From the NCBI GenBank assembly GCA_965250285.1, contig OZ252299.1, forward strand, positions 2,048,001 through 2,112,000: a DNA stretch of 64,000 bases, given 5' to 3'. Below are positions 27,434 through 36,126 of this stretch, piece after piece (the first letter of the stretch is position 1; every line of letters starts with the position of its first letter). Below the pieces are notes generated by a model that saw nothing but the letters and a program-made list of their open reading frames with translations, did no database searches and was not told the origin of the DNA. Origin of the DNA: Myxococcota bacterium (GTDB taxonomy: Bacteria > Myxococcota_A > UBA9160 > UBA4427). Both the position numbers and the translations under genes were made by a program.

Positions 27434-28047
27434 GATGCTACTTCCTCTTCCTCTCGGATCGATTCGTGCGCGCCCCGGAGCACCAGCTCCGTCGACACGC
27501 GCATCTTGTCCATGATCGCGGCCTGGCTGTGCTGGCCCCCCGACCACCCGACGAGCAAAGCGAACCAGACCTGCTCGAGGGTGTCGGCGATCTTCATCTC
27601 GGTCTCGGTGGGCGGCGCGTCGCCGCCCTCCTCGATCCCCGTAGCGTCGCCCCGAAGCGCAGCCACCACGAGGATCTCCATGTTCTTGTGAAACTGTCCG
27701 ACCCGCCGCGACAGGTCGGGGTCGCCGCTCGCGATGGCGCGCAGCAACGCGCGCGCCAGGTTCGGTCGGCGCAGCAGGCCTCGGGTCGCCGTGCCGAAGA
27801 AGGCGCCCACGCGCTCCAGGCCATCGGATCCGCGCGCCGGCTTCTGCAGCATGCGTCGCTCGAGATCCTGAGTCTCGAGTTCGAGCGCCGCGACCAGCAG
27901 ATCCTCCTTGCTGCGGAACCGGCGATACAGCGTCCCGAGCGCGACCCCCGCGTGCGACGCGACCTCGCGCAGCCGCACCGCTTCGAATCCGCCCTCTTCG
28001 GCGAGCTCGACCGCCGTCTCGACGATGCGCCGCGAGCGCTCTTCCAT
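27430..28047 (-). CDS. kstR: TetR family regulator, KstR-like (alternative GTG start at 28071)
   Basis: RIVETAVELAEEGGFEAVRLREVASHAGVALGTLYRRFRSKEDLLVAAL; two KstR boxes directly upstream; overlaps fadA5 start. Confidence 0.75.
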   Translation of the reverse strand: MEERSRRIVETAVELAEEGGFEAVRLREVASHAGVALGTLYRRFRSKEDLLVAALELETQDLERRMLQKPARGSDGLERVGAFFGTATRGLLRRPNLARALLRAIASGDPDLSRRVGQFHKNMEILVVAALRGDATGIEEGGDAPPTETEMKIADTLEQVWFALLVGWSGGQHSQAAIMDKMRVSTELVLRGAHESIREEEEVAS

Positions 28048-28079
28048 GTCCGGTCGGGGTTGGGGCTCCACCCCCGTAT

Positions 28080-28093
28080 TGAAACACGTTTCA
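28080..28093. promoter_or_regulatory. KstR-type operator (autoregulatory 1)
   Basis: TGAAACACGTTTCA. Confidence 0.82.
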
Positions 28094-28101
28094 CTTCGCG
28101 G

Positions 28102-28115
28102 TGAAACGTGTTCCA
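28102..28115. promoter_or_regulatory. KstR-type operator (autoregulatory 2)
   Basis: TGAAACGTGTTCCA, 22 bp from the first box. Confidence 0.8.
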
Positions 28116-28175
28116 CCTGGCCCGGGTGCAGCGAATCGTGCCAGATCCGACCGGCCGCCCGCGGCGCCGATGCCG

Positions 28176-28643
28176 TCAGCGGCGCCGCGCCTCGTACTCG
28201 TGGAGGCGCTCGGTGAGCGCTCGGGCCAGGCGGCCGAAGCGCGTGAGGTCGGCGTCCGAGAGCGTCTCCCAGACGGCCGAGATCGCCCTCGCCCGCTCGG
28301 CGTGGACCTCGTCGAGCGCCTTGCGCCCCTTCTCGGTGACGCGGTAGAGGCGCTGCCGCGCATCCCGCGGCGAGATCTGCACGTCGACGAGGCGCAGATC
28401 GAGCAGCTGCCGCAGGGTGCGCGAGACGGCCGCCGCGCTCACGTCGCGACGCCGCGCGAAGAGCGACGGCATGAAGTCGTCGCGGCCCACCTGCTCGAGC
28501 ACCTGCCACTGCGTGGGCGAGAGCCCGACCGAGCGAGCGAGCGCCTCGCGCCGATCCTCGAAGATCTCAACCAGGCCCTGGAGCGACGCGATGGTCTCGT
28601 CGATCCGCCCGCGCCGCGCTTCGTTCGATCGTTTCGTTGCCAT
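28176..28643 (-). CDS. MarR family regulator
   Basis: GLSPTQWQVL, SAAAVSRTLRQL, DARQRLYRVTEKG. Confidence 0.9.
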   Translation of the reverse strand: MATKRSNEARRGRIDETIASLQGLVEIFEDRREALARSVGLSPTQWQVLEQVGRDDFMPSLFARRRDVSAAAVSRTLRQLLDLRLVDVQISPRDARQRLYRVTEKGRKALDEVHAERARAISAVWETLSDADLTRFGRLARALTERLHEYEARRR

Positions 28644-28715
28644 GAATATTTATATATGTTAATCATTGCTCCAAGTCAATACTATCCATATCGCAATCAT
28701 TGACAGGTGCTCAGC

Positions 28716-29504
28716 ATGCCCAGCCCCCCGTCCCACGATCTGAAGACATCGGTCCAGCAGCAGTTCGGCGCCTCGGCCGAGAACTACGCCCAGGCGAGCT
28801 TCGTGCACCGCCAGGGCCCCGACCTCGAAACCCTGGTCGAGCGCGTCATCGACGTCGACGGGCTGCATGCACTCGACGTGGGCTGCGGCGCCGGCCATAC
28901 CGCCCACGCGCTCGCGCCCCACTTCGAGCGCGTCGTCGCCGCCGATCTCACCGAGCCGATGCTCGAGCAGACCCGCCAGGGTGCGGACGCCCTCGGCCTC
29001 GAGAACGTCGAGACGCACCGCGCCGACGCCGAAGCGCTGCCCTTCGACGACGGCGAGTTCGATGTCGTCGCCTGTCGCCTCTGCGCCCACCACTTCGGCG
29101 CGCCCGAGCGAGCCGTCGCCGAAGCGTGGCGCGTGCTGCGGCCCGGCGGCCGGTTCTTTCTCATCGACATCGTGGCGCCCGACGACCACACGGCCGACTC
29201 GTTCCTGCAGGCGTTCGAAGTCGTGCGCGACCCGTCGCACGTCCGCGATCACTCGGTCGACCAGTGGACGGCGATGCTGATCGATGCCGGCTTCGCACCG
29301 CCCCGCGTCGATCGCTGGGCCATGCCGCAGACGTTCGATGCGTGGACGACCCGCATCGGCGCGAGCGAGGCGGCGACCCGGGCGCTCGTCGAGATGTTCC
29401 ACGCCGCTCCGTCCGAGGTGCGCGCCGTGTTCGAGGTCGAAGGCCGCCCGGTCGAGTCGTTCGCGCTCGAGAACGCGCTCTTCGACACCACGCGCCTCGA
29501 CTGA
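28716..29504 (+). CDS. Class I SAM-dependent methyltransferase
   Basis: LDVGCGAGH, DAEALPFDDGEFD, RVLRPGG, RDPSHVR. Confidence 0.9.
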   Translation: MPSPPSHDLKTSVQQQFGASAENYAQASFVHRQGPDLETLVERVIDVDGLHALDVGCGAGHTAHALAPHFERVVAADLTEPMLEQTRQGADALGLENVETHRADAEALPFDDGEFDVVACRLCAHHFGAPERAVAEAWRVLRPGGRFFLIDIVAPDDHTADSFLQAFEVVRDPSHVRDHSVDQWTAMLIDAGFAPPRVDRWAMPQTFDAWTTRIGASEAATRALVEMFHAAPSEVRAVFEVEGRPVESFALENALFDTTRLD

Positions 29505-29665
29505 CCTCGCGGGCGCTCTCTCGCCCAGACATCGGGTGCGGGAGCGAATCGACCCACCGGCGCCGAAATCGGCTGCGCTTGTGTCCTCGCCCGAATCGGC
29601 GGACACTGGGGCTTGGAGTGGCAGGGCGCCCCACGCACGCCCCTCCTCGACCGGAGGGTCTCGAC

Positions 29666-29884
29666 ATGTCGACGCGCTGGGTTCGCATCGCCCTGGTCCT
29701 GCCGTGGCTCGTGTTCGCGTTCTTGGGCGCGCTCGACTTCGCCGGCCTCGTCGAGCCGCCTACGGTCGATCCCGAGACGGGCCATCCCACCGTGCCCGTC
29801 GCCTCGAGCTGGGGGCTCCTGGCCCTGCTGATGCTCATCATCGGCGGAGGCTTCTACGTCGCGCGCCGCACGCCCGAGACCTGA
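29666..29884 (+). CDS. Small membrane protein with IPTL-CTERM-like tail
   Basis: GGAGG RBS; N-terminal hydrophobic helix; C-terminal VPVASSWGLLALLMLIIGGGFYVARR. Confidence 0.6.
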   Translation: MSTRWVRIALVLPWLVFAFLGALDFAGLVEPPTVDPETGHPTVPVASSWGLLALLMLIIGGGFYVARRTPET

Positions 29885-30000
29885 GCCGAGCGACCGCCCG
29901 CATCGCCCGGCCCAACGCCGGTCCCCACACGCGACGCCTGCCGCGTCCTGCGCCGTCGCCCACGCTCGACGCGTGCCCGGCGCTGCGCGAAGGTCCGACC

Positions 30001-30885
30001 ATGCCGGATCGCCTCGACCCCAAAGCGCCCGAAAACAGCGTGCGCTCGTTCTGCCTCCGCCTGCTCGAGCGCGGCGACCTCGCTTGCAAGCTCGCACCGC
30101 CGCGCACGGCCGACGGCGAGCGACTCGACGACCTCGATCCGGGCCCGGCGGCGTTCATCGACGCGCCGGCCCGCGACCCCGGTCTCGAGATGAGCGTCGG
30201 CCTCGGCAAGCTGCCGCGCCCGGGTGAGCTCGCCTCGCTCGAGGCGCGCGCCCTGTGCCTCGCCCGCTTCGCCCACCACGAGCTGATGGCCGTCGAGCTC
30301 TTCGCCTGGGCCCTGCTCCGCTGGCCCGACGCGCCCGCCGGGCTGCGCCGCGGGCTGCTCGGCGCGCTCGCCGACGAGCAGAAGCACTGCCGGCTCTATC
30401 TCGATCGGCTCGAGGCCCACGGCGCAGCCTTCACCGACTTCGCCCACTCGGACTACTTCTGGAAGCAGGCGCCCGCCATCGCGGCCTCACCCCACGGCGT
30501 GCGCGCGTTTCTCGCGGCCATGGGGCTCACGCTCGAACAGGCGAACCTCGACTTCTCGGTGACGTACCGCGACGCCTTTCGCGAGGCCGGCGACGAAGCG
30601 AGCGCACGGGTCTGCCAGGTGGTGCACGACGACGAGGTCCGGCACGTCGGGCTGGCCGCCGAGTGGATGCGCCGCCTCTCGGGCGAGACCGACTTCGACG
30701 AGATCGAGGCCTATGAGCGGTGCGTCCCGTTCCCCCTCGGCGCATCTCGAGCCAAGGGGCGCCGCTTCGAGCCCCGACCTCGCCGGGCGGCGGGGCTCTC
30801 CCCCGAGCTGATCGAACACGTCCGCACGGCGAAATCACCCCAGCAGGATCGGCCTCGACGCGGTCGCGCTTCGGACCCGCGCTGA
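30001..30885 (+). CDS. Ferritin-like diiron protein (DUF455)
   Basis: FAHHELMAVEL, DEQKH, LEQANLD, DEVRH diiron-type motifs. Confidence 0.8.
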   Translation: MPDRLDPKAPENSVRSFCLRLLERGDLACKLAPPRTADGERLDDLDPGPAAFIDAPARDPGLEMSVGLGKLPRPGELASLEARALCLARFAHHELMAVELFAWALLRWPDAPAGLRRGLLGALADEQKHCRLYLDRLEAHGAAFTDFAHSDYFWKQAPAIAASPHGVRAFLAAMGLTLEQANLDFSVTYRDAFREAGDEASARVCQVVHDDEVRHVGLAAEWMRRLSGETDFDEIEAYERCVPFPLGASRAKGRRFEPRPRRAAGLSPELIEHVRTAKSPQQDRPRRGRASDPR

Positions 30886-30888
30886 GCC

Positions 30889-32157
30889 GTGGAGCGCTCG
30901 CCTGCCCGGCACCTCTGGCCCAACGTCGGTGCCGAAGAGGGCGACGCAGCCCGCGTGGCCGATCTGCCTGCCGTCGTGGCGACCCGGCAGCTTTTCGCCG
31001 GCCTCTTCGACGCCGCGACGACCCCGCTCCGCGACGACTTCGCCCCCGACTGGGCCGACGCCGCCGCATCCCACTCGAAACCGGCGCTCGCCCCGCTCGG
31101 CGAGACGACCGGGCTCGTGCCCTGGCTCACGACGCAGCGGGCCGAGCAAGCGGCCCGCAACGCGGGCGTTGCACTCGAAGGCCCAGCGTCAGCCGTCGTC
31201 GAGCACGTGCACGACAAGGCCTTCGCGGTGCGCGTATCGGACGAAGAGGCGTTCATGCCGCGCGACTTGCGCGGGGCCGTGCACGTCTTCGAGCCCGCCG
31301 GTCTGCGGGATCACCCCGACGCCTTCGCCGAGGGCGTGCGCGACCGAGTGGCCGCGTGGCCGCCCGAACTGAAGGCCGGGGGCTTCACGATCAAGCCGCG
31401 CGTCGGCACGAGCGGGCGCGGCCGAGTCGCTGGTGATGGCGCCGCCCCCGATCTCGAAGTGCTTCGCAACGCCGCCGGGCGGCTCGCTTCGCGCGGGGGC
31501 GCCATTCTCGAGCCTTGGCTGAGGAGAGAGGTCGATCTATCGGTCGTGGCTTGGCTTTCTCGGCCGGGTCATGCCCACGACGCGCCCCCCCTGACCCTGA
31601 TCGGCGCGCTCCGGCAATGGGTCACTCGGTCGGGCGGCTGGCGCGGCCACCTCGGTGAGGTCGACCGACGCGGCCGCATCTACTCGGGCACGGGGCACGA
31701 CGACGCGATGCGCGAGGCGGCCGCCGTCGTCGCGAACGCCGCGCACGCCGAGGGCCACTTCGGGCCGTGCGGCGTCGATGGCTTCACGTTCGGCCTCCCC
31801 GTTCGCGACGCCGCGCACCGGCTCCGACCGATCGTCGAGTTCAACGCGCGCTTTACGATGGGACACATCTGCGCCGGATGGGTGCGACGGGCCCTGCCGT
31901 GGCTCGTCGCCGAGCGCGGGCTCGAGCCGGGTCGGCGGGTCGCGTTCCTGTTTGCGCTCGAGCCGCCCGGCCCCGACCGAGACTGGCGCGCCCTCGCCCG
32001 CGCATCAGGCGCCGATGTGCTGACGCTTCCGTTCTCGACGAACGACGACGCGCCGAAGCTGAGGCCGATTGCCCCCGAGCCGGGCGGCACAGTCATCACG
32101 GGCCCCGCGCTGTGCTTTCATACCGACGCGGGCGCACTCGAGGCGTGGACGGCCTAG
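30889..32157 (+). CDS. ATP-grasp-like protein
   Basis: HDKAF, IKPRVGTSGRGR, ILEPWL, GPCGVDGF, VEFNARFTMG. Confidence 0.7.
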   Translation: MERSPARHLWPNVGAEEGDAARVADLPAVVATRQLFAGLFDAATTPLRDDFAPDWADAAASHSKPALAPLGETTGLVPWLTTQRAEQAARNAGVALEGPASAVVEHVHDKAFAVRVSDEEAFMPRDLRGAVHVFEPAGLRDHPDAFAEGVRDRVAAWPPELKAGGFTIKPRVGTSGRGRVAGDGAAPDLEVLRNAAGRLASRGGAILEPWLRREVDLSVVAWLSRPGHAHDAPPLTLIGALRQWVTRSGGWRGHLGEVDRRGRIYSGTGHDDAMREAAAVVANAAHAEGHFGPCGVDGFTFGLPVRDAAHRLRPIVEFNARFTMGHICAGWVRRALPWLVAERGLEPGRRVAFLFALEPPGPDRDWRALARASGADVLTLPFSTNDDAPKLRPIAPEPGGTVITGPALCFHTDAGALEAWTA

Positions 32158-32258
32158 CGCGCCGGCCGAGCCGGGATCCGACGCCCACGCGTGTCGCGTC
32201 GGATGGTCATGGAGCGACGCCATTGCCACCTGCGGGCACGCGGGTCACCGTGCGGGTC

Positions 32259-33131
32259 GTGACCGAACGAACGAGCGCAGCGCCGCAGACCTCCTCACAG
32301 CCCATTGCTCTCGTGACCGGCGCTTCGTCGGGCATCGGCGAGGCGTCTGCCCGCGCGCTCGCGGCGGCGGGCTTTCACGTCGTGCTCGCGGCAAGGCGAG
32401 CCCCCGAGCTCGATCGCGTCGCCAAGTCGATTGCCGAGGCCGGCGGCTCGGCGCTGTCCGCCGCGGCCGACCTCTCGAACGAGGCCGAGACGACCGCGCT
32501 CGCACAGCGCGTCCTTCGAGACTTCGGCGGCATCGACGTGCTCGTGAACAACGCGGGCTACGGCCCGGCGGCGGCGATCGAGCAGATCTCGCGCGACGCC
32601 CTGCGCCATGCCTTCGAGGTGAACCTGCTCTCGGCGCTGCACCTGGTGGGCGCCGTCACGCCGGCGATGCGCGCGCGGGGTGGTGGCCGGATCATCAACA
32701 TGGGCTCGCTCGGCGCGCGGGTGCCTGCGCCGCTGGCGGTGCCCTACGCAGCGACGAAGGCCGGCCTCGACATCGCGACCCGCGGCCTGCGCCTCGAGCT
32801 CGAGCCCTTCGGCATCCACGTGGTGCAGATCGTGCCGGGCTTCGTCGACACCGCGACCTTCGACAACTCGCGCAAGGCGTCGGAGGCGCTGCGCGCCGAC
32901 GCGACGAATCCGTACCGCCAGCGCATGATCGATCTCGATGCGTTCGCCCGGGCGAACGAGCAGAAGGCGATCCCGCCCGAGCACGTCGGTCGGCTGGTCG
33001 TGCATGCGGCGACCGCCAAGCGGCCGCACCCCACCTACTACGCACCGAGCTCGGCCCGGCTGCAGAGCGCGCTCTTTGGCGTCCTGCCCGAACGCCTCGC
33101 GGATGGCATCCTGCGTCGCGTCTACGGCTGA
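32259..33131 (+). CDS. SDR oxidoreductase
   Basis: TGASSGIG, NNAGYG, YAATK, PGFVDT. Confidence 0.9.
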   Translation: MTERTSAAPQTSSQPIALVTGASSGIGEASARALAAAGFHVVLAARRAPELDRVAKSIAEAGGSALSAAADLSNEAETTALAQRVLRDFGGIDVLVNNAGYGPAAAIEQISRDALRHAFEVNLLSALHLVGAVTPAMRARGGGRIINMGSLGARVPAPLAVPYAATKAGLDIATRGLRLELEPFGIHVVQIVPGFVDTATFDNSRKASEALRADATNPYRQRMIDLDAFARANEQKAIPPEHVGRLVVHAATAKRPHPTYYAPSSARLQSALFGVLPERLADGILRRVYG

Positions 33132-33289
33132 GCGGGGTTCACAGAGCGCGCGCCTTACCGTGCTGCCCGAACGCCTCGCCGACGGCATCCTGCTTCGCGT
33201 CTACGGCTGAGCGGGGTTCACAGAGCAGGCTCTTCGGCGTGCTGCCCGAACGCCTCGTCGACGGCATCCTGCTTCGCGTCTACGGCTGA
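33063..33289 (+). repeat. Three copies of a 79-bp unit comprising the SDR 3' end and stop codon
   Basis: Units start at 33063, 33142 and 33221; each contains CTGCCCGAACGCCTCG...CGCGTCTACGGCTGA. Confidence 0.92.
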
Positions 33290-33353
33290 ACAGGCTTCGA
33301 GCACCTGCGCGTCGACCGTCGGCTGATCGCGCGGGGTCGGCCTTCGTGATCGG

Positions 33354-34616
33354 TCAACGCTCGAAGGGCTCCGCGCGCACGTCGAAGCGCGCCCGGTAGT
33401 CGGCGAATTTCCGGTCGAGCCCCGCCTCATCGAGGCCGAACGTCTCGGGCAGATAGCTGTGCGTGCCGTGGCGATGCCGGGGGTTGTCGGCGAGGTAGCG
33501 CTTCATGCGCGCCTCGCTCTCACCATCGAGCGTGAGATCGAAGTGGTCGTAGATGCGGCCGACCGTGCCCATCGGATCGCCCACGACGTCGTCGTATGCG
33601 AGGTCGAGGATCCGGGCATCGATGTCGGGGCGCTGCGCCCGGGTCTCGATACACCGATCGAGCATCGCGCTCCACTGCGTGAGGTTCTCGCGACCGACGC
33701 GCTCGGGGTCGACCGCATCCGAGCTCGCCTGGCGCATCGTCACCTCGAGACTCGCGACCGACGGCATCACGCGCACCGGGTCGCGGTGCGTCTGCACGAT
33801 CATCGCGTCGGGATAGACCTCGAGCAGGGTCTCGAGCGTCCCGAGATGCCCGGGCGACTTGAGCACCCAGCGCCCCTTCGGCCCGCGCCACTGCAGATGC
33901 TGCAAGAAGCTGCGATGGAAGCGGTAGGCGTCGCCCATGTCCTGCTCGAGCATCCACTGCTGGTAGCCCCAGACGCCGAAGGTCATCTCGAAGCGCATGC
34001 TCATGAACTCGGGCGCCATCATCACGATGCACTCCTGAGGCATCAGCGCACCGATCGGATGGATCGCCTGAAAGCCGGGGGCGAGCTGCCGCACGTAGCC
34101 GAAGCGCTTCTCACTCGACGCGATGCGCGGGTCGGTTGCGAACGTCTCGGCCTCGGGCGGGGGATCGGGCTGGTCGACCTCCCACGACATCGGCGCGCGG
34201 GCCGCGGTGTCTTCGGCGAGCAATCCATAGAGCAGCGTCGTGCCGGTGCGCGGCAGACCGAGCACGAAGAGCGGGCGCTCGGTCGGGCCTGCGGCGATCC
34301 CGGGCTCGCGGTTGCGCCAGTCGACGAGACGCAGCCGCTGCTCGAGGAGCTCGACGATCTGCCGGCGCGCCATGAAGCGACCGAACAGGTTCAGCTCGGC
34401 ATCCTCTTCGAGCGACTGCACGAGGCGCGCAAGCCCGGGGCGAAAGCTCGCGGGCCCGAAGTCGTCGAGCCGCGTCGCGCGCGTCGCAGCGCGAAGCATC
34501 GACTCGGGGGCGAGCGAGACCGGCCGACGCCCGACGCGCTCGAGCCCACGACCGACCGCATTGGCGGTGCGAATCGGCCACGGTCGAAACGGCGTCGGCG
34601 GCAACACGGCGGTCAA
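33354..34616 (-). CDS. Sulfotransferase (mycobacterial Stf-like)
   Basis: PLFVLGLPRTGTT (PAPS-binding), WVLKSPGHL, VQTHRDP. Confidence 0.9.
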   Translation of the reverse strand: MTAVLPPTPFRPWPIRTANAVGRGLERVGRRPVSLAPESMLRAATRATRLDDFGPASFRPGLARLVQSLEEDAELNLFGRFMARRQIVELLEQRLRLVDWRNREPGIAAGPTERPLFVLGLPRTGTTLLYGLLAEDTAARAPMSWEVDQPDPPPEAETFATDPRIASSEKRFGYVRQLAPGFQAIHPIGALMPQECIVMMAPEFMSMRFEMTFGVWGYQQWMLEQDMGDAYRFHRSFLQHLQWRGPKGRWVLKSPGHLGTLETLLEVYPDAMIVQTHRDPVRVMPSVASLEVTMRQASSDAVDPERVGRENLTQWSAMLDRCIETRAQRPDIDARILDLAYDDVVGDPMGTVGRIYDHFDLTLDGESEARMKRYLADNPRHRHGTHSYLPETFGLDEAGLDRKFADYRARFDVRAEPFER

Positions 34617-34877
34617 GCGGTGGGCTCCTGGATGCGCGTCGATCGGACGCCGAGAGCGCGGGGCGCGCGGCGCGTTCGACGACGGACGAGACGCTCGGGG
34701 GCGACGCGCGAAGGCGCAACCCCCGTCCGCTCCACGCCGACGCTCGATGTCCGACGCTCGGGCGGTCCGAGTCCAACACGACGGGGGGCCGGCCCCTCGA
34801 CCGACTGCGCTCGGCTACGTTCGACCGCCCCGCGCAACGCGGGGCCCCGACCCAGACCCGTTGCCAGGAGAATCCCG

Positions 34878-36092
34878 ATGTCCGAAGGCCCGCTCTCACC
34901 GAGCCAACAGGCGTGGAACGACTTCGCCGACGAGCTCAAGCGCATCGGCGAGAAGATCACCGGGCCGACCGGCGCGCGCTCGGCCCGCGAACGCGCCGAG
35001 GGGTACCGCTATCTGGTGCGACTGCTCGCGGCCGCGCACGAGCTCGAGTTCGAGGCCGATCCGCTGAGACCCGAGCTGCGACGCATGATGACCCCGATCC
35101 GCAAGCTCAAGGGCGACGGGCCGGACACCCTCTACCACGAGGCGAAGCTCGATGCCGCCCATGGCTACGTGCTCGAAGTCGATCGCGGGGACGACCTCTT
35201 CTTCTCGGCGACGGTCTATGCGCGCAACGACGAAGGCGGGTTCTACATCGTCGACCACCTCGTCGACGACGACATCGAATGGACCGAACGCGACGGTCGC
35301 CCCCATGCGCGCATCAGCGTCTCGGCCGAGGGCGCCGGTGAGGGCCCGAACCGACTCGACGTCGCCGAGCGCGAGCCCGTGCTCTTCCTGCGACAGTACT
35401 TTCCCGAGCCGGTGCATCACGTCGACGCCGGCCGCTACGCACAGGCGCGACTCGCCCTCCACTGCACGAGCGACCTCCCCGCCCCCGAGACGTTCGACGA
35501 GGCGTCGCTGGTCGCAGGGCTACGTCGCGTGATCGACTTCGTCGACGACACGTCGAACGTGTCCATCGGGCTGTCGATCTATGCCGGGCTCAACCGGGTC
35601 TCGGCCGAGGGCTCGGTCGAGGGCATCGAGATCGCGGAGGGCCGCATGACCGAGGACCCGTTTGCCGACAGCGACCACTCGCCCGAAGAACTCGCTTCCA
35701 TGGTCGACCCCAAGCTCGTATCGAACAACCTGCCGGGGCCGGGCATCCAGTACCTCGGCGCCTGGTTCCAGCTCGGCGAAAGCGAAGCGGTGCGCATCAC
35801 GGGCACCCAGGTGCCCTGCCGGTACTGGTCCTGCCAGATCCTCAACCGTTTTCTCGAGTCGCTCGACTACCGGCACCGGCCGGTCGCGATCAACGATCGA
35901 CAGGTCAAGCTCGACGCGGGCGGGCGCTTCACGATCTACGCGAGCCGTGAGAACCCGGGCGTCGAGAACTGGATCTGCACCGAGGGCCTGACCGACGGGC
36001 ACATCGTGCTGCGCACCCTACTCGCCGACCCGCTCATGGAGGTCGAGTTCTCGGTGGTCGACGTGGCCGACATCTCCCCGGGCGCCGTCTGA
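34878..36092 (+). CDS. DUF1214-domain protein
   Basis: AGGAG RBS; RAEGYRYLVR, GDGPDTLY, CRYWSCQILNRFLESLDYR, NPGVENWI. Confidence 0.75.
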   Translation: MSEGPLSPSQQAWNDFADELKRIGEKITGPTGARSARERAEGYRYLVRLLAAAHELEFEADPLRPELRRMMTPIRKLKGDGPDTLYHEAKLDAAHGYVLEVDRGDDLFFSATVYARNDEGGFYIVDHLVDDDIEWTERDGRPHARISVSAEGAGEGPNRLDVAEREPVLFLRQYFPEPVHHVDAGRYAQARLALHCTSDLPAPETFDEASLVAGLRRVIDFVDDTSNVSIGLSIYAGLNRVSAEGSVEGIEIAEGRMTEDPFADSDHSPEELASMVDPKLVSNNLPGPGIQYLGAWFQLGESEAVRITGTQVPCRYWSCQILNRFLESLDYRHRPVAINDRQVKLDAGGRFTIYASRENPGVENWICTEGLTDGHIVLRTLLADPLMEVEFSVVDVADISPGAV

Positions 36093-36126
36093 GCGGCCGA
36101 CCCGAGACCCCGGCTCGGCACCGACG

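Noticed and set aside
33063..33289. Diversity-generating retroelement TR/VR pair or selenocysteine readthrough
   Set aside because: Differences are not adenine-specific, there is no reverse transcriptase, and the 79-bp period breaks frame after TGA.
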